A stretch of DNA of 64,000 nucleotides from Sphaerochaeta sp. (GCA_048264225.1 JBLXDK010000002.1:9848-73847), one strand, 5' to 3'. Shown: positions 51,544 through 60,575, counted from the first letter of the stretch. Notes: generated by a model not told the origin, from the letters alone. Numbers and translations: made by a program.

Positions 51544-51756
51544 GAAAGGGGGTGTGGCAGGATTGGGTGCTGGTCTCACTACTATTTTCCTCAGGTGTTG
51601 TTTAGCCCTCATTATGTGGAGAGTCTCGTTTGTACCTCTCTACCTTTCAACCCCGAACAACAAAACATTGACAGATGATAGTTTCAATACTAATGTTTAG
51701 TAGCTTGTTGCCAGTAAACTGAGCGGGTTTTCCCATACAAATCAAAGGGGTGTATC

Positions 51757-52188
51757 ATGAATGTCTGGTGGTTGTTTGTGACTGTAGGAATTCTTCTTAT
51801 GGCTTTAGAGGCTCTGACTCCAGGCTTTATCATCATGTGGTTTGGCATAGCCTTTATTGTTGCGGCCATTCCTGTTTACCTGAACGCCTCCACCCAAGTT
51901 GTCCTCATCACCTTTTCCATTACATTGCTCCTGCTTACCGTGTTTGTGAGGAGGATCTTCTTAGGTGCCCGCTCCAAGCACAAAGGCTCCAAGACGAATG
52001 CCCTCAGCCTTGTAGGTGAGAAAGGCGTGGTCATTGAGGAGATCAATTCCGTCAGGGCGACGGGTCTGGTGAGAATCCATAAGGAAGTGTGGACAGCAAT
52101 TTCGAACGGTAGTGATGTGATTGCCGTAGACGAGGTCATAGTCGTCCAGAAAATTGAAGGGGTCAAGCTTATCGTAGAAAAGGAGTGA
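51757..52188 (+). CDS. NfeD-family membrane protein
   Basis: ORF track, 143 aa. Two or three N-terminal TM helices are followed by a C-terminal OB-fold-like soluble domain (...GEKGVVIEEINSVRATGLVRIHKEVWTAIS...). It lies directly upstream of an SPFH gene, the canonical pairing. Confidence 0.8.
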   Translation: MNVWWLFVTVGILLMALEALTPGFIIMWFGIAFIVAAIPVYLNASTQVVLITFSITLLLLTVFVRRIFLGARSKHKGSKTNALSLVGEKGVVIEEINSVRATGLVRIHKEVWTAISNGSDVIAVDEVIVVQKIEGVKLIVEKE

Positions 52189-52192
52189 GCAT

Positions 52193-53224
52193 ATGGAATC
52201 TTTCTATGTGATCGGGGCGGTCACCCTGTTCGTCATCATTATTGTACTTACCGGAATCAAGCAGGTACCACAAGGGCAGGCCATACTTATTGAACGGCTT
52301 GGAAAGTATGTGAAGACCCTCGATTCTGGGATCAACTTCATCATTCCCTTCCTTGACAAGAAACGGTATGTGAAGCCGTTGAATTACAAACCTGAGAAGA
52401 TCTCTGATTACAATGTGGACCTCCGTGAGCAGGTCTATGACATACCCTCCCAGTCTGTCATCACGCGTGACAACATCAGCCTTACGGTAGATACCCTCAT
52501 CTTCTATCAGATTGTGGAACCCCATAAGGCTTGCTATGAGATTAGTGACCTGATCATGGGCATAAGGGAGCTTTCCAAGACTACCATGCGCAATATCTTC
52601 GGTGAGATGGACCTTGATTCAAGCCTTTCATCGCGTGATTCCACCAACCAGAAACTGCGGGGCATCCTTGATGAAGCGACTGACAAGTGGGGGGTGAAGA
52701 TCCTTCGGGTGGAGATTCAGGACATCATACCGCCAACTGACCTCAAAGAGGATATGGAACGGCAGATGAAGGCTGAACGGACCCGCCGGCAAGAGGTTAC
52801 CATAGCCGAAGGCAAGAAACAGGCAGCGATACTGGAGGCAGAAGGCATTAAGCAAAGCCTCATCCTGAATGCTGAGGGTGAGGCCCAGTCACGCATCATG
52901 AAGGCCGACGCCCTCAAACAGGAGAAGATTCTCCTTGCTGAAGGAGAGTCTGAGTCGATTCGTCTGGTGCAACTCGCCAAGGCTGTAGGGTTGGATGCAG
53001 TTAGAAAGGTATATTCTGAGGATAAGGGTTCAGAAAACCTCCTGATGATGGAAGTGCTGCGCTCACAAAATGAGATAGCCAAGGACCTTTCCAATGGGTC
53101 TAGCAATAAGATCTTCCTTCCTACAGAAGTTGCAGGTCTGTTTGGTTCCATTGGAGGTATCCAGGAGCTCCTTGCGACACGTGAAGGGTTCAAAAAGACA
53201 GGGTTGCCTGAATCAAAAGGCTAA
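52193..53224 (+). CDS. SPFH/band-7 (stomatin/QmcA-like) protein
   Basis: ORF track, 343 aa. An N-terminal TM helix is followed by ...VPQGQAILIERLGKY...INFIIPFLD...DIPSQSVITRDNISLTVDTLIFYQI... and a coiled-coil tail. Confidence 0.9.
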   Translation: MESFYVIGAVTLFVIIIVLTGIKQVPQGQAILIERLGKYVKTLDSGINFIIPFLDKKRYVKPLNYKPEKISDYNVDLREQVYDIPSQSVITRDNISLTVDTLIFYQIVEPHKACYEISDLIMGIRELSKTTMRNIFGEMDLDSSLSSRDSTNQKLRGILDEATDKWGVKILRVEIQDIIPPTDLKEDMERQMKAERTRRQEVTIAEGKKQAAILEAEGIKQSLILNAEGEAQSRIMKADALKQEKILLAEGESESIRLVQLAKAVGLDAVRKVYSEDKGSENLLMMEVLRSQNEIAKDLSNGSSNKIFLPTEVAGLFGSIGGIQELLATREGFKKTGLPESKG

Positions 53225-54060
53225 CCATCGAACAGAGTTGAAAGGATACATGGACGGGGATGGGCCTCTATCTTGAACCGATTTGCCTTTCCTTCCTTGA
53301 AGAAGATTCTACTTACAAGGGAACAGGCAACATGGGCGACTCCATCATGAACGGAGAAGTCATATTTCTCTGATTCGCTGGTGGCGAAGAATGATCCTTT
53401 TCCCCGTGAGACGGGTATTGCTTCAGAGCTTCTGTTTTCTGCCTTGACCATTACCCAGCCACCGAAGCTGTCACTCTCAACATGATCAAATGGCCAACCA
53501 GAAGATGTTGCACACTCATTATGGTTGTCATCGGTAGCTACGCCCCTCCAGCGTTTGCCCTCCATCAGGGCAGCCCCCCAGAAGTGGGAGCTCTCCCCAA
53601 CGCGATCTTGCCACTCGCTTTCATAGGTGAATACTGCCATGCCTAAGAAGCAATCCATCGCCCCGACATCACGGTACTGCAGCACAGACCAGTCGGGGTG
53701 GCTGAGCATGATCAGATAGTCATCCCGTGCCTGTTTGAGGAACGCCATGGTCTGCTCATGTGTCTCGACTGGGAACTTCTGCGTTCATACAGGCTTCTGT
53801 TTCCTTCTGCAGCAAATTGAGATGCACCTTCATGTCCTGGATAAAGCAGATCAGCTCAAAGACTGGAATGAGAATGAGGTCTTCGCACTCATACTTTGTA
53901 TAGATGTTGTGGTAGGTGAGCGAGAAGAAGTCATAATCCCGCTTCAGGTACTCTGCAAAAACCTTCTTGGTGGCAGATCTCCGTCAGAGACGGTGGAATG
54001 GCAGTGCAGATTCTCTTTTAGCCAGAGGCCCTCATTCTCAGTCAACATATTCTGCTCCAT
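53221..54060 (-). pseudogene. PHP-domain metallophosphoesterase gene disrupted by at least two frameshifts
   Basis: My own translation from the ATG at 54060 gives MEQNMLTENEGLWLKENLHCHSTVSDGDLPP and then a stop. A second frame continues KKVFAEYLKRDYDFFSLTYHNIYTKYECEDLILIPVFEL...HLNLLQKE... and stops. A third frame is the tracked ORF at 53221..53748 (...MAFLKQARDDYLIMLSHPDW...). The expected TDHN metal motif reads TYHN. Confidence 0.7.
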
Positions 54061-54159
54061 TGTGGTCACTGAGGCTCCTGTCTTCTGCTAACGGTACCAT
54101 ACAATGCTTCAGATTCCATAAGGAAATAGTTGGATGACCGGGCAAAAAGCCCGATTTTC

Positions 54160-55521
54160 CTATCTGAAGGCAAACACCAGAGGGAATATGACCACCACAA
54201 CAGCTGCCCAGATCCCATACAGAGGTAAGAGGCGCATCTGCAGCTCCACAATCCTGTGGAAAGGCTGCCTTTTTGTCACATACCTGCTGTATCCGATACC
54301 AAGGAGGACAAGATTGCTCAGCAGCAGGAGGTTTTCACCCAAGGCTGCAGTCCTGTTTGCTGAGAAGCCAAAGGTCTGCAAGCGAGCAAGGATGCCCCAC
54401 AGGGCTATGAAGTCTACCAGTACTGCACAGACGATGAGGGCGAGCGTCAGGAAGTCCCAGAAGGGGAACCTGGCAGTATCATCCTTGTGCTCCGATGCAC
54501 TCATTGAATAGAGAGCCAGGGCGAGGACGAATGCAAGGATCACATCAAACCAGATCAGCATTGACCTATTCTCAGAGGCTTGGTTTGGGGAGGCTAGAAA
54601 GGCAACGATCAGGCTGATAAGCACCAGGACAAAGAGGGGCGTGAAAATTCTGGCCAGGACAGGGGCGATACCTCCCATGAGGGAGCTCTTCTGGTTGACC
54701 AGGTAGGCGGCAACGGTGAACAGTCCGAAGAGGCCGAAGGGTCCCATCCAATACAAGACAAAAGGTGTGGCATCGATGCTGATGAGGTCAAATGTCCCTA
54801 TGGTCAGGAAGATGAGGACCATGCCTCCCAGCGCTATCAGGACGGTATGGATGAAAGCCTCTCCGATGAAACGGATAAAATTGAGTCTGGTATCGGGTGT
54901 TTTCCAGCTGGAGCCTCCATAGAGGGGTAGCAGGGCAAGAAGGGAGAGGATCGGCAGGTGAATGATGCCCAGTATGGCTGTATGGTATGGCTCCTGATAG
55001 GGATAGAGGTTTACCAGTAGGGCTGCGAGGGGAAAGTATGCCAAAACCATGGTGGTTTTCCTAAGGGGCAAGGCTTGTTTGTACAGAAGATATAGGGCCA
55101 CAGGGGTAAGGGCGAACAGGGATGCATTTTTCAGATACAGTATGTCATGGGTCCCAAAGTCCCCATAGCCGAAGAGAGCGGGTATCTTGCCCAACAACCC
55201 TCCAAGCAGGGCTAGGGCTATGATTACGAAGAGCTCCTTACTTTGTATCTTCTGTGAAATAGGGGTTAGTATGGGGGTGAAGAGGGGGAGCCAGAGCTCT
55301 TCAGTCGTGAGTCTTTCAAACTCAGTCTCGATTGACCCAAGGCTTCCAATCCGACGTATTGCGACCAGGAAAGCTTCCTCTTCGCTGATCACCTGCCCTG
55401 TTAGGTCTGTGATGATTGACCTCAGGTGTGTCTCCATACCCTCGATGTCGTTGTTGCTGATCGCCCTTGTTGCAGTGAGATGTGCTTTCCAGCTATGGAT
55501 TTGTCCTTCAAGGTCAAACAT
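54160..55521 (-). CDS. Polytopic membrane protein of unknown function with a soluble helical N-terminal segment
   Basis: ORF track, 453 aa. About 70 soluble residues (MFDLEGQIHSWKAHLTATRAISNNDIEGMETHL...) are followed by at least 10 hydrophobic helices. I recognise no catalytic motif. Confidence 0.6.
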   Translation of the reverse strand: MFDLEGQIHSWKAHLTATRAISNNDIEGMETHLRSIITDLTGQVISEEEAFLVAIRRIGSLGSIETEFERLTTEELWLPLFTPILTPISQKIQSKELFVIIALALLGGLLGKIPALFGYGDFGTHDILYLKNASLFALTPVALYLLYKQALPLRKTTMVLAYFPLAALLVNLYPYQEPYHTAILGIIHLPILSLLALLPLYGGSSWKTPDTRLNFIRFIGEAFIHTVLIALGGMVLIFLTIGTFDLISIDATPFVLYWMGPFGLFGLFTVAAYLVNQKSSLMGGIAPVLARIFTPLFVLVLISLIVAFLASPNQASENRSMLIWFDVILAFVLALALYSMSASEHKDDTARFPFWDFLTLALIVCAVLVDFIALWGILARLQTFGFSANRTAALGENLLLLSNLVLLGIGYSRYVTKRQPFHRIVELQMRLLPLYGIWAAVVVVIFPLVFAFR

Positions 55522-55812
55522 GGGGATCTCCTTCCTGCTACTCCGACTTAGTATGCATGGTACCGCTTTCTATTTCAGAGGACAAGTGATGAGCTCCCCT
55601 ACCATGTGTTCAAGCAAGACAAGGGTAGGCAGGATCTTGCAGGCATTAACCTTTGAGGCAACCATGCGAGGTTCATACAGTTTTCTGGCAATAGTATTTC
55701 TTCATCTCAGGATTTTGAGCCTGAACATTTCTCCTTCACCAGATATTCAGAGGTCTATGTCCTCTGATCACCTCCTAGTTTTCATACCCTCAGGTAAGAT
55801 TCTTACACTGCT

Positions 55813-55848
55813 GAATATGAATTGAACATATGTTCACAATTCATATTC
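55813..55848. promoter_or_regulatory. Nested palindrome: 12-bp arms GAATATGAATTG/CAATTCATATTC enclosing TGAACA-TA-TGTTCA, candidate operator
   Basis: The arms are at 55813..55824 and 55837..55848. The inner 14-bp palindrome is at 55823..55836. It lies just upstream of the predicted promoter of the carbohydrate operon. Confidence 0.45.
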
Positions 55849-55868
55849 TATATGAACAAAGATTCTGG

Positions 55869-55898
55869 TTGACAGGTCTGAAAATGCAATACTATCAT
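55869..55898 (+). promoter_or_regulatory. Sigma-70-type promoter candidate, TTGACA-N18-TATCAT
   Basis: The consensus -35 TTGACA is at 55869..55874 and the near-consensus -10 TATCAT is at 55893..55898. The promoter sits about 50 nt upstream of the aldolase start and is flanked by the two TGAACA-N2-TGTTCA palindromes. Confidence 0.45.
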
Positions 55899-55917
55899 AA
55901 GTATGGGTAATGAGTTA

Positions 55918-55931
55918 TGAACATTTGTTCA
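55918..55931. promoter_or_regulatory. Second TGAACA-TT-TGTTCA palindrome, candidate operator
   Basis: It has the same half-sites as 55823..55836. It lies between the predicted -10 and the RBS and start (GGAG, then the ATG at 55946). Confidence 0.45.
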
Positions 55932-55945
55932 GGAGGTACTGGAGA

Positions 55946-56680
55946 ATGAACGGACTAGAAAGAAATATATCAACACTGCTCAACCATGGGGGAAAACTCT
56001 TTCTTGCGGCCTTTGACCACCCTCAGATCTACGGGGTGCTCCCAGGCTTGGAGCAACCCCTTGGCGCCATCAGGAGAACGCTCGATACTGACATAGATGG
56101 CTACATCCTCAATCCTGGGATTTTCCCGCTTATCGATGCCTCACTGGTACAAAACAAGAAGATGGTACTTCGTGCTTCCCTAGGCGGGACTCTGATGGGA
56201 ACCACCTTTTCTGACCATCACAGCATCATTGTATCACCCCAGCAGGCCTTGGCCCTAGGTTGTGACGCCGTGCTGGTCATGCTCGTCTTGGGTGGCGAGC
56301 ATGACAAGGAATCGATGACAGACGTCGCACGTGCCATCGATTCGTTCCACCAGCACTCTATCCCTGTCATAGTTGAGGTGCTGCACGCAGATTTCACCAA
56401 GAACAACGACAGTAAGTTCATCAGCAATGGAGCACGGATTGCTGCAGAGATTGGAGCTGACATAGTCAAGGCCTTCTATTGTGAGGAGTTTTCCTTGGCA
56501 GTGGCCGGCAGCCCAGTTCCGATCGTGCTGGCAGGTGGACCGAAGGAGGCAAGTATCCTGGATATTGCCCGCATAGCTGTCGATGCCGGTGTGATGGGGT
56601 TCGCATTTGGGAGGAATATTTTTCAGAGCGAGGACCCACAAGCGACCATAAAGCTCTTGAGTGAGATACTTCGGGGGTAA
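55946..56680 (+). CDS. Class I aldolase of the DhnA/LsrF/DeoC-LacD family
   Basis: The ORF is 55910..56680. I prefer the ATG at 55946 (MNGLERNISTLLNHGGKLFLAAFDH...), which is preceded by AGGAGG...GGAG. The Schiff-base lysine context reads ...EIGADIVKAFY... and the sequence ends ...GFAFGRNIFQ... Confidence 0.75.
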   Translation: MNGLERNISTLLNHGGKLFLAAFDHPQIYGVLPGLEQPLGAIRRTLDTDIDGYILNPGIFPLIDASLVQNKKMVLRASLGGTLMGTTFSDHHSIIVSPQQALALGCDAVLVMLVLGGEHDKESMTDVARAIDSFHQHSIPVIVEVLHADFTKNNDSKFISNGARIAAEIGADIVKAFYCEEFSLAVAGSPVPIVLAGGPKEASILDIARIAVDAGVMGFAFGRNIFQSEDPQATIKLLSEILRG

Positions 56681-56682
56681 CC

Positions 56683-57672
56683 ATGCTTGATGACCGTGAA
56701 CTGCTCTATACCATTGCCTCACTCTACTACGAGAGTGGAAAGAACCAGCAGGAGATTTCAAATCACCTCAACATATCCCGACCGATGGTTTCACGTGGCC
56801 TGGCAAAGGCGCAACAACTTGGCATCGTACGCATTGAGGTCATTCCTCCAGCCGGTTGTTCCCCTAGTGAGGTCTCCTTGGCCAGGGCTTTAGGCATCAA
56901 GCGGGTGGTAATCGGTCAGACCTCTGCCGGCAATACCGGTGACCGTGACAACCGCACCAGGGCAATAGCCACCTCTGCAGGAGAGTTCCTTTCCCAGACG
57001 GTGACCAACGGCATGACAGTGGGTGTGGGATGGGGTGTTTCCGTCTATCGCTCCGTTCTTGCCTTACCCGACAGTCCTTCTTTGAGGGATGTTACTGTAG
57101 TGCCCATGGTGGGAAGCGCTGGTCGCACGGAGTCCCATTACCAGGTAAACGTCATTGCAGACCGCATGGCTGAGAAACTGCATGGCAATGCCCTGTTCTT
57201 TAACATTCCTGCCTTCGTCTCTGATATGAAGATTCGTGATTTCTTTTCCCGGGACCCACAGATGAAAGCCATTCAGGACCTGTGGAACCATATTGATATA
57301 GCCATTGTAGGGCTGGGGGCCTTTGGAGGGACTCCCAGCTTTCCGGTAGGGGAGTACCCCCTGGAGGCTCTGACTGATCTGCAAAACCAGAATGTGATCG
57401 GGGACATCCTGGGTCGGTTCTTCAATGCTGAGGGCTTCATCGGAGACATTCCCACAGGAGACAGCCTCATCTCCCGCCATGTCCCTGATGCAAATGGCAA
57501 GATTTATCTGGGTATCCCCGTGGATTCACTGCATCGGTCCAAGCAGATCGTCTGCCTGGCAGGAGGAACCTTGAAGATACCAGGAATTCGCACCGCTGCG
57601 AACCTGAAACTCTTTGATTGTTTGGTAACCGACTCCCAGACCGCACAGGAACTGGCAAAGTCACTGGAGTAA
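56683..57672 (+). CDS. SorC/DeoR(Bsu)-family sugar-binding transcriptional regulator
   Basis: ORF track, 329 aa. The N-terminal HTH reads ...YYESGKNQQEISNHLNISRPMVSRGLAKAQQLGIVRIEV... A sugar-phosphate-binding domain follows (...GVGWGVSVY...VPMVGS...IVGLGAFG...). Confidence 0.85.
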   Translation: MLDDRELLYTIASLYYESGKNQQEISNHLNISRPMVSRGLAKAQQLGIVRIEVIPPAGCSPSEVSLARALGIKRVVIGQTSAGNTGDRDNRTRAIATSAGEFLSQTVTNGMTVGVGWGVSVYRSVLALPDSPSLRDVTVVPMVGSAGRTESHYQVNVIADRMAEKLHGNALFFNIPAFVSDMKIRDFFSRDPQMKAIQDLWNHIDIAIVGLGAFGGTPSFPVGEYPLEALTDLQNQNVIGDILGRFFNAEGFIGDIPTGDSLISRHVPDANGKIYLGIPVDSLHRSKQIVCLAGGTLKIPGIRTAANLKLFDCLVTDSQTAQELAKSLE

Positions 57673-57675
57673 AGC

Positions 57676-58647
57676 ATGCAAGCCTTAATGTATACCGGTA
57701 TCGGTCAATTGGAAATGCAAGAGGTGGAAACACCCAAGGATGCCTATCTGGTACGAGTCCTAGGATGTGGTATCTGTGGAACTGACCTGAAGACCTTCTC
57801 CGTGGGTCATCACTTCTTCAAGCCCCCGACAATCCTGGGGCATGAGTTCATCGGAGAATTGGTACAAGTCCCAAAGGGGTCTACGTTCAAGGTGGGTGAG
57901 CATGTGGTAGTCGCACCCTATTTTGAGTGTGGCAGCTGCCTTAGCTGTACAAGAGAGCTTAAGCCGTTGTGCAGTGAGAAACGCTTTGTCAGCTCAGGTG
58001 CTTTCTGTGAGTATGTCGCCATTCCCGGTGATTACCAGATGGGAATGATTCGTCTCCCTTCTAGTACTGATGAGCAGGTATTCACCCTCGTCGAACCTTT
58101 GGCTTGCGTACTCAACGGCATCGAGCATCTGAGGGTGAAACCCTGGTCACGAGCCCTGGTGGTTGGAGGGGGCCCGATGGGCGTTCTCTTTGCCCTCTAC
58201 TTCCAGGACAAGGGAGTCCCTGTAACCGTAGTTGAGCCCAATCCCTACCGGAAGCAGACTATCAGAGGCTGGGGCATCGAATGCGTCGATCCCAATGAGA
58301 GCGATTACTGCCAGTACGACCAGATTGTCATCAGCGTCAACAAGGCCGCCCTCATTGCTGAGGCTGTGCATCAGGTGGCCAGCGGGGGCACAGTACTCGT
58401 CTTCAGCGGTCTTAGGAAGCAGGACACCTTTGAAGCAGATGCATATGCCATCCACTATCGTGAGGTATCGGTCACCGGCTGTAGTGGGTATGCTCTCTCT
58501 CATTTCCAAGAGGCTTTTGCAATGATCAAGGCAAACCCTGACCACTTTGCAAAGCTGATCACCCATAGGCTTGCTCTTTCTCAAGGACTTGAAGCATTCA
58601 CCTTGCTCAAGGAAGGTCAGGCTTTCAAGATAGTGCTCGAACCATAA
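57676..58647 (+). CDS. Zinc-dependent medium-chain alcohol/polyol dehydrogenase
   Basis: ORF track, 323 aa. Motifs are ...GCGICGTDLK...GHEFIGELV...CGSCLSC..., plus the Rossmann motif VVGGGPMG. Confidence 0.85.
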   Translation: MQALMYTGIGQLEMQEVETPKDAYLVRVLGCGICGTDLKTFSVGHHFFKPPTILGHEFIGELVQVPKGSTFKVGEHVVVAPYFECGSCLSCTRELKPLCSEKRFVSSGAFCEYVAIPGDYQMGMIRLPSSTDEQVFTLVEPLACVLNGIEHLRVKPWSRALVVGGGPMGVLFALYFQDKGVPVTVVEPNPYRKQTIRGWGIECVDPNESDYCQYDQIVISVNKAALIAEAVHQVASGGTVLVFSGLRKQDTFEADAYAIHYREVSVTGCSGYALSHFQEAFAMIKANPDHFAKLITHRLALSQGLEAFTLLKEGQAFKIVLEP

Positions 58648-58655
58648 GGGGTCAG

Positions 58656-59639
58656 ATGATGACAGTAGCGGTTGTCTTCAATGAACATTCTCATCTCAAG
58701 GCCGAGCAGCTTCAGGCTTTGGGCTCCCAAGTGTCGCGATTCTTTCTGGGTGCCACCTTCATAGCCTGCCAAGGGTATGGACATCAATATATAGAGGGAG
58801 CAACAGTGCTTACAGTTGAGGATGGCCTCGACTATAAGATGAGGCTTGCTATGATGGTGCGCACCCTTTTGTCCCATAAGCCTGACTATCTGGTCAGTGT
58901 CGGAGGCGATGGCCTTGCCTCGTACATCGCTTCGGCTGTGGTAGCCACTGCCAGCAAGGTTGCCTTACTTGGGATAGCGGCAGGGACAGCGAATGTCGGG
59001 CCTATCGTCTCCTTATCCGGTGAGCAACTTTCCCGCCTAAAGCTCTCTGATTTGGAATCTGTTCCCCTCGATGGTATTTTCGTATCAGATGACTCAGGGC
59101 CGCTTGGCGTAGGTTTCAATGATGTCATCTTTGGCAACTCCTTCCTTGGGACCGAGGACGGGGTGTGCTGCAATCTCTCTGTTGAGGAGCTTCTCATCCA
59201 TCAGAGGCGAGTGCCCATCGAGGTGGGGACGAGGATTGTCACCAAAGAGTTCAGCGTCCTAGTCGATGGCCAAAGCCAATCGTTTGTCATTTCGGCCCCC
59301 ATAGCCCAGATTGTTGTCACCCCATTGCAGTTTGACAGGCTGTATGGGAGGGCCATATTCGGAGGCTTGTGTTTGGGTAGGGAATCACAGTCTCTGGGCG
59401 CCCTCGGGCTCTGTACGCGCAATGTGGTGGACTCTAGTCCTGACGCTTGGACCTACAGAGGTTTTACGGCAATCCAGCATCTGGTGTTCCACCCTGGGTG
59501 TGAGCTCACACTCGTCCGTCTCGGATCCGATGCCCATATCATCATAGATGGCAATCCCTTTCTCAGGAGAGGGGATGTACATGTTTCTTTGCTCCAAGGA
59601 GCTGTCAGAGCCCTTAAACCGAAGGGAGGCAAGGCATGA
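58656..59639 (+). CDS. ATP-NAD kinase / AcoX-like (diacylglycerol-kinase fold) family protein
   Basis: ORF track, 327 aa. ...PDYLVSVGGDGLASYI... corresponds to the GGDG(T) motif of NAD kinases and AcoX. The second motif ...GIAAGTANVGPI... resembles AcoX-type rather than canonical NadK sequences. Confidence 0.55.
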   Translation: MMTVAVVFNEHSHLKAEQLQALGSQVSRFFLGATFIACQGYGHQYIEGATVLTVEDGLDYKMRLAMMVRTLLSHKPDYLVSVGGDGLASYIASAVVATASKVALLGIAAGTANVGPIVSLSGEQLSRLKLSDLESVPLDGIFVSDDSGPLGVGFNDVIFGNSFLGTEDGVCCNLSVEELLIHQRRVPIEVGTRIVTKEFSVLVDGQSQSFVISAPIAQIVVTPLQFDRLYGRAIFGGLCLGRESQSLGALGLCTRNVVDSSPDAWTYRGFTAIQHLVFHPGCELTLVRLGSDAHIIIDGNPFLRRGDVHVSLLQGAVRALKPKGGKA

Positions 59640-60571
59640 GAGATAAGAAGGATACTCCCCGCATCCATAGGACGGTAATCTTTGGCAAGAAGTACGAGAC
59701 CGAGCAGATACGTGCAGCCATCGTATTGCTGTTGCCTACGATGGTGGCTATTGTCCTTTTGTTCATCATCCCTGTGGTCCAGGTTGTTGCCTACAGCTTT
59801 ACCAACTACAACCTGACCACCGGCTTGAAGCCATTCAATGGGCTGGACAACTATGCATATTTGCTTGATGATGATCGGTTCTTCAAGGCAATTCGCAATA
59901 CGTTTGCTTTTGCATCCTTCAAGCTGGTCGTCGACACCTCCCTGGCATTGGGCATCGCCTTGATGCTTGATGCAAGAATTCCCCTGAAGAAGTATCTGCG
60001 TTCAGCCTTCTTTGCTCCGGTAGTCGTTCCTGTGGTAGCCTCAAGCCTTATTTGGATCTGGTTCTTCGATCCGGGCATCGGGCCCTTCAACCAGATACTC
60101 TCATTTCTGGGGCTCCCGACCTCCCAGTGGCTCTACCATGAAGACTCCGCTTTGCTATCCATTGTGATGTTCTCCATCTGGAAAGGTCTGGGGTACAACG
60201 TAGTGCTCTTCCTTGCAGGGTTACAGAACATCCCGAATTCGTATATTGAAGCGGCCCAGGTAGACGGTGCAAAAGCGCATCAGATCCTCTGGCGGATCAA
60301 GCTCCCTCTGCTTCGGCCCATCATTTCCTTCGTATTGATGATCGGTATCATCAACACCTTCAAGGTCTTTGCCGAAGTGAACGTGATGACTCCGAAGGGA
60401 GGCCCGCTCTACAGTACCGCCTTGATGGTGAACTACATCTATGACACGGCCTTTACCAGTGGACGCATGGGCCGTGCCTGCAGTGCTTCGATTATTCTGT
60501 TTGTCATTATCTTCACCCTGACGATGATCCAGTCAAAACTGGATGCACGAAAACACCTCTCCCTGGAGTAA
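59636..60571 (+). CDS. Carbohydrate ABC transporter permease (MalF/UgpA-like)
   Basis: ORF track, 311 aa. The EAA loop reads ...YIEAAQVDGAKAHQILWRIKLPLLRP... Confidence 0.9.
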   Translation: MRDKKDTPRIHRTVIFGKKYETEQIRAAIVLLLPTMVAIVLLFIIPVVQVVAYSFTNYNLTTGLKPFNGLDNYAYLLDDDRFFKAIRNTFAFASFKLVVDTSLALGIALMLDARIPLKKYLRSAFFAPVVVPVVASSLIWIWFFDPGIGPFNQILSFLGLPTSQWLYHEDSALLSIVMFSIWKGLGYNVVLFLAGLQNIPNSYIEAAQVDGAKAHQILWRIKLPLLRPIISFVLMIGIINTFKVFAEVNVMTPKGGPLYSTALMVNYIYDTAFTSGRMGRACSASIILFVIIFTLTMIQSKLDARKHLSLE

Positions 60572-60575
60572 CCTT

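Noticed and set aside
51515-51700. A 61-aa ORF between the URO-D remnant and nfeD.
   Set aside because: It starts inside the remnant's terminal codons in another frame. It has no RBS or motif. It lies in sequence best explained as the original intergenic region upstream of nfeD.
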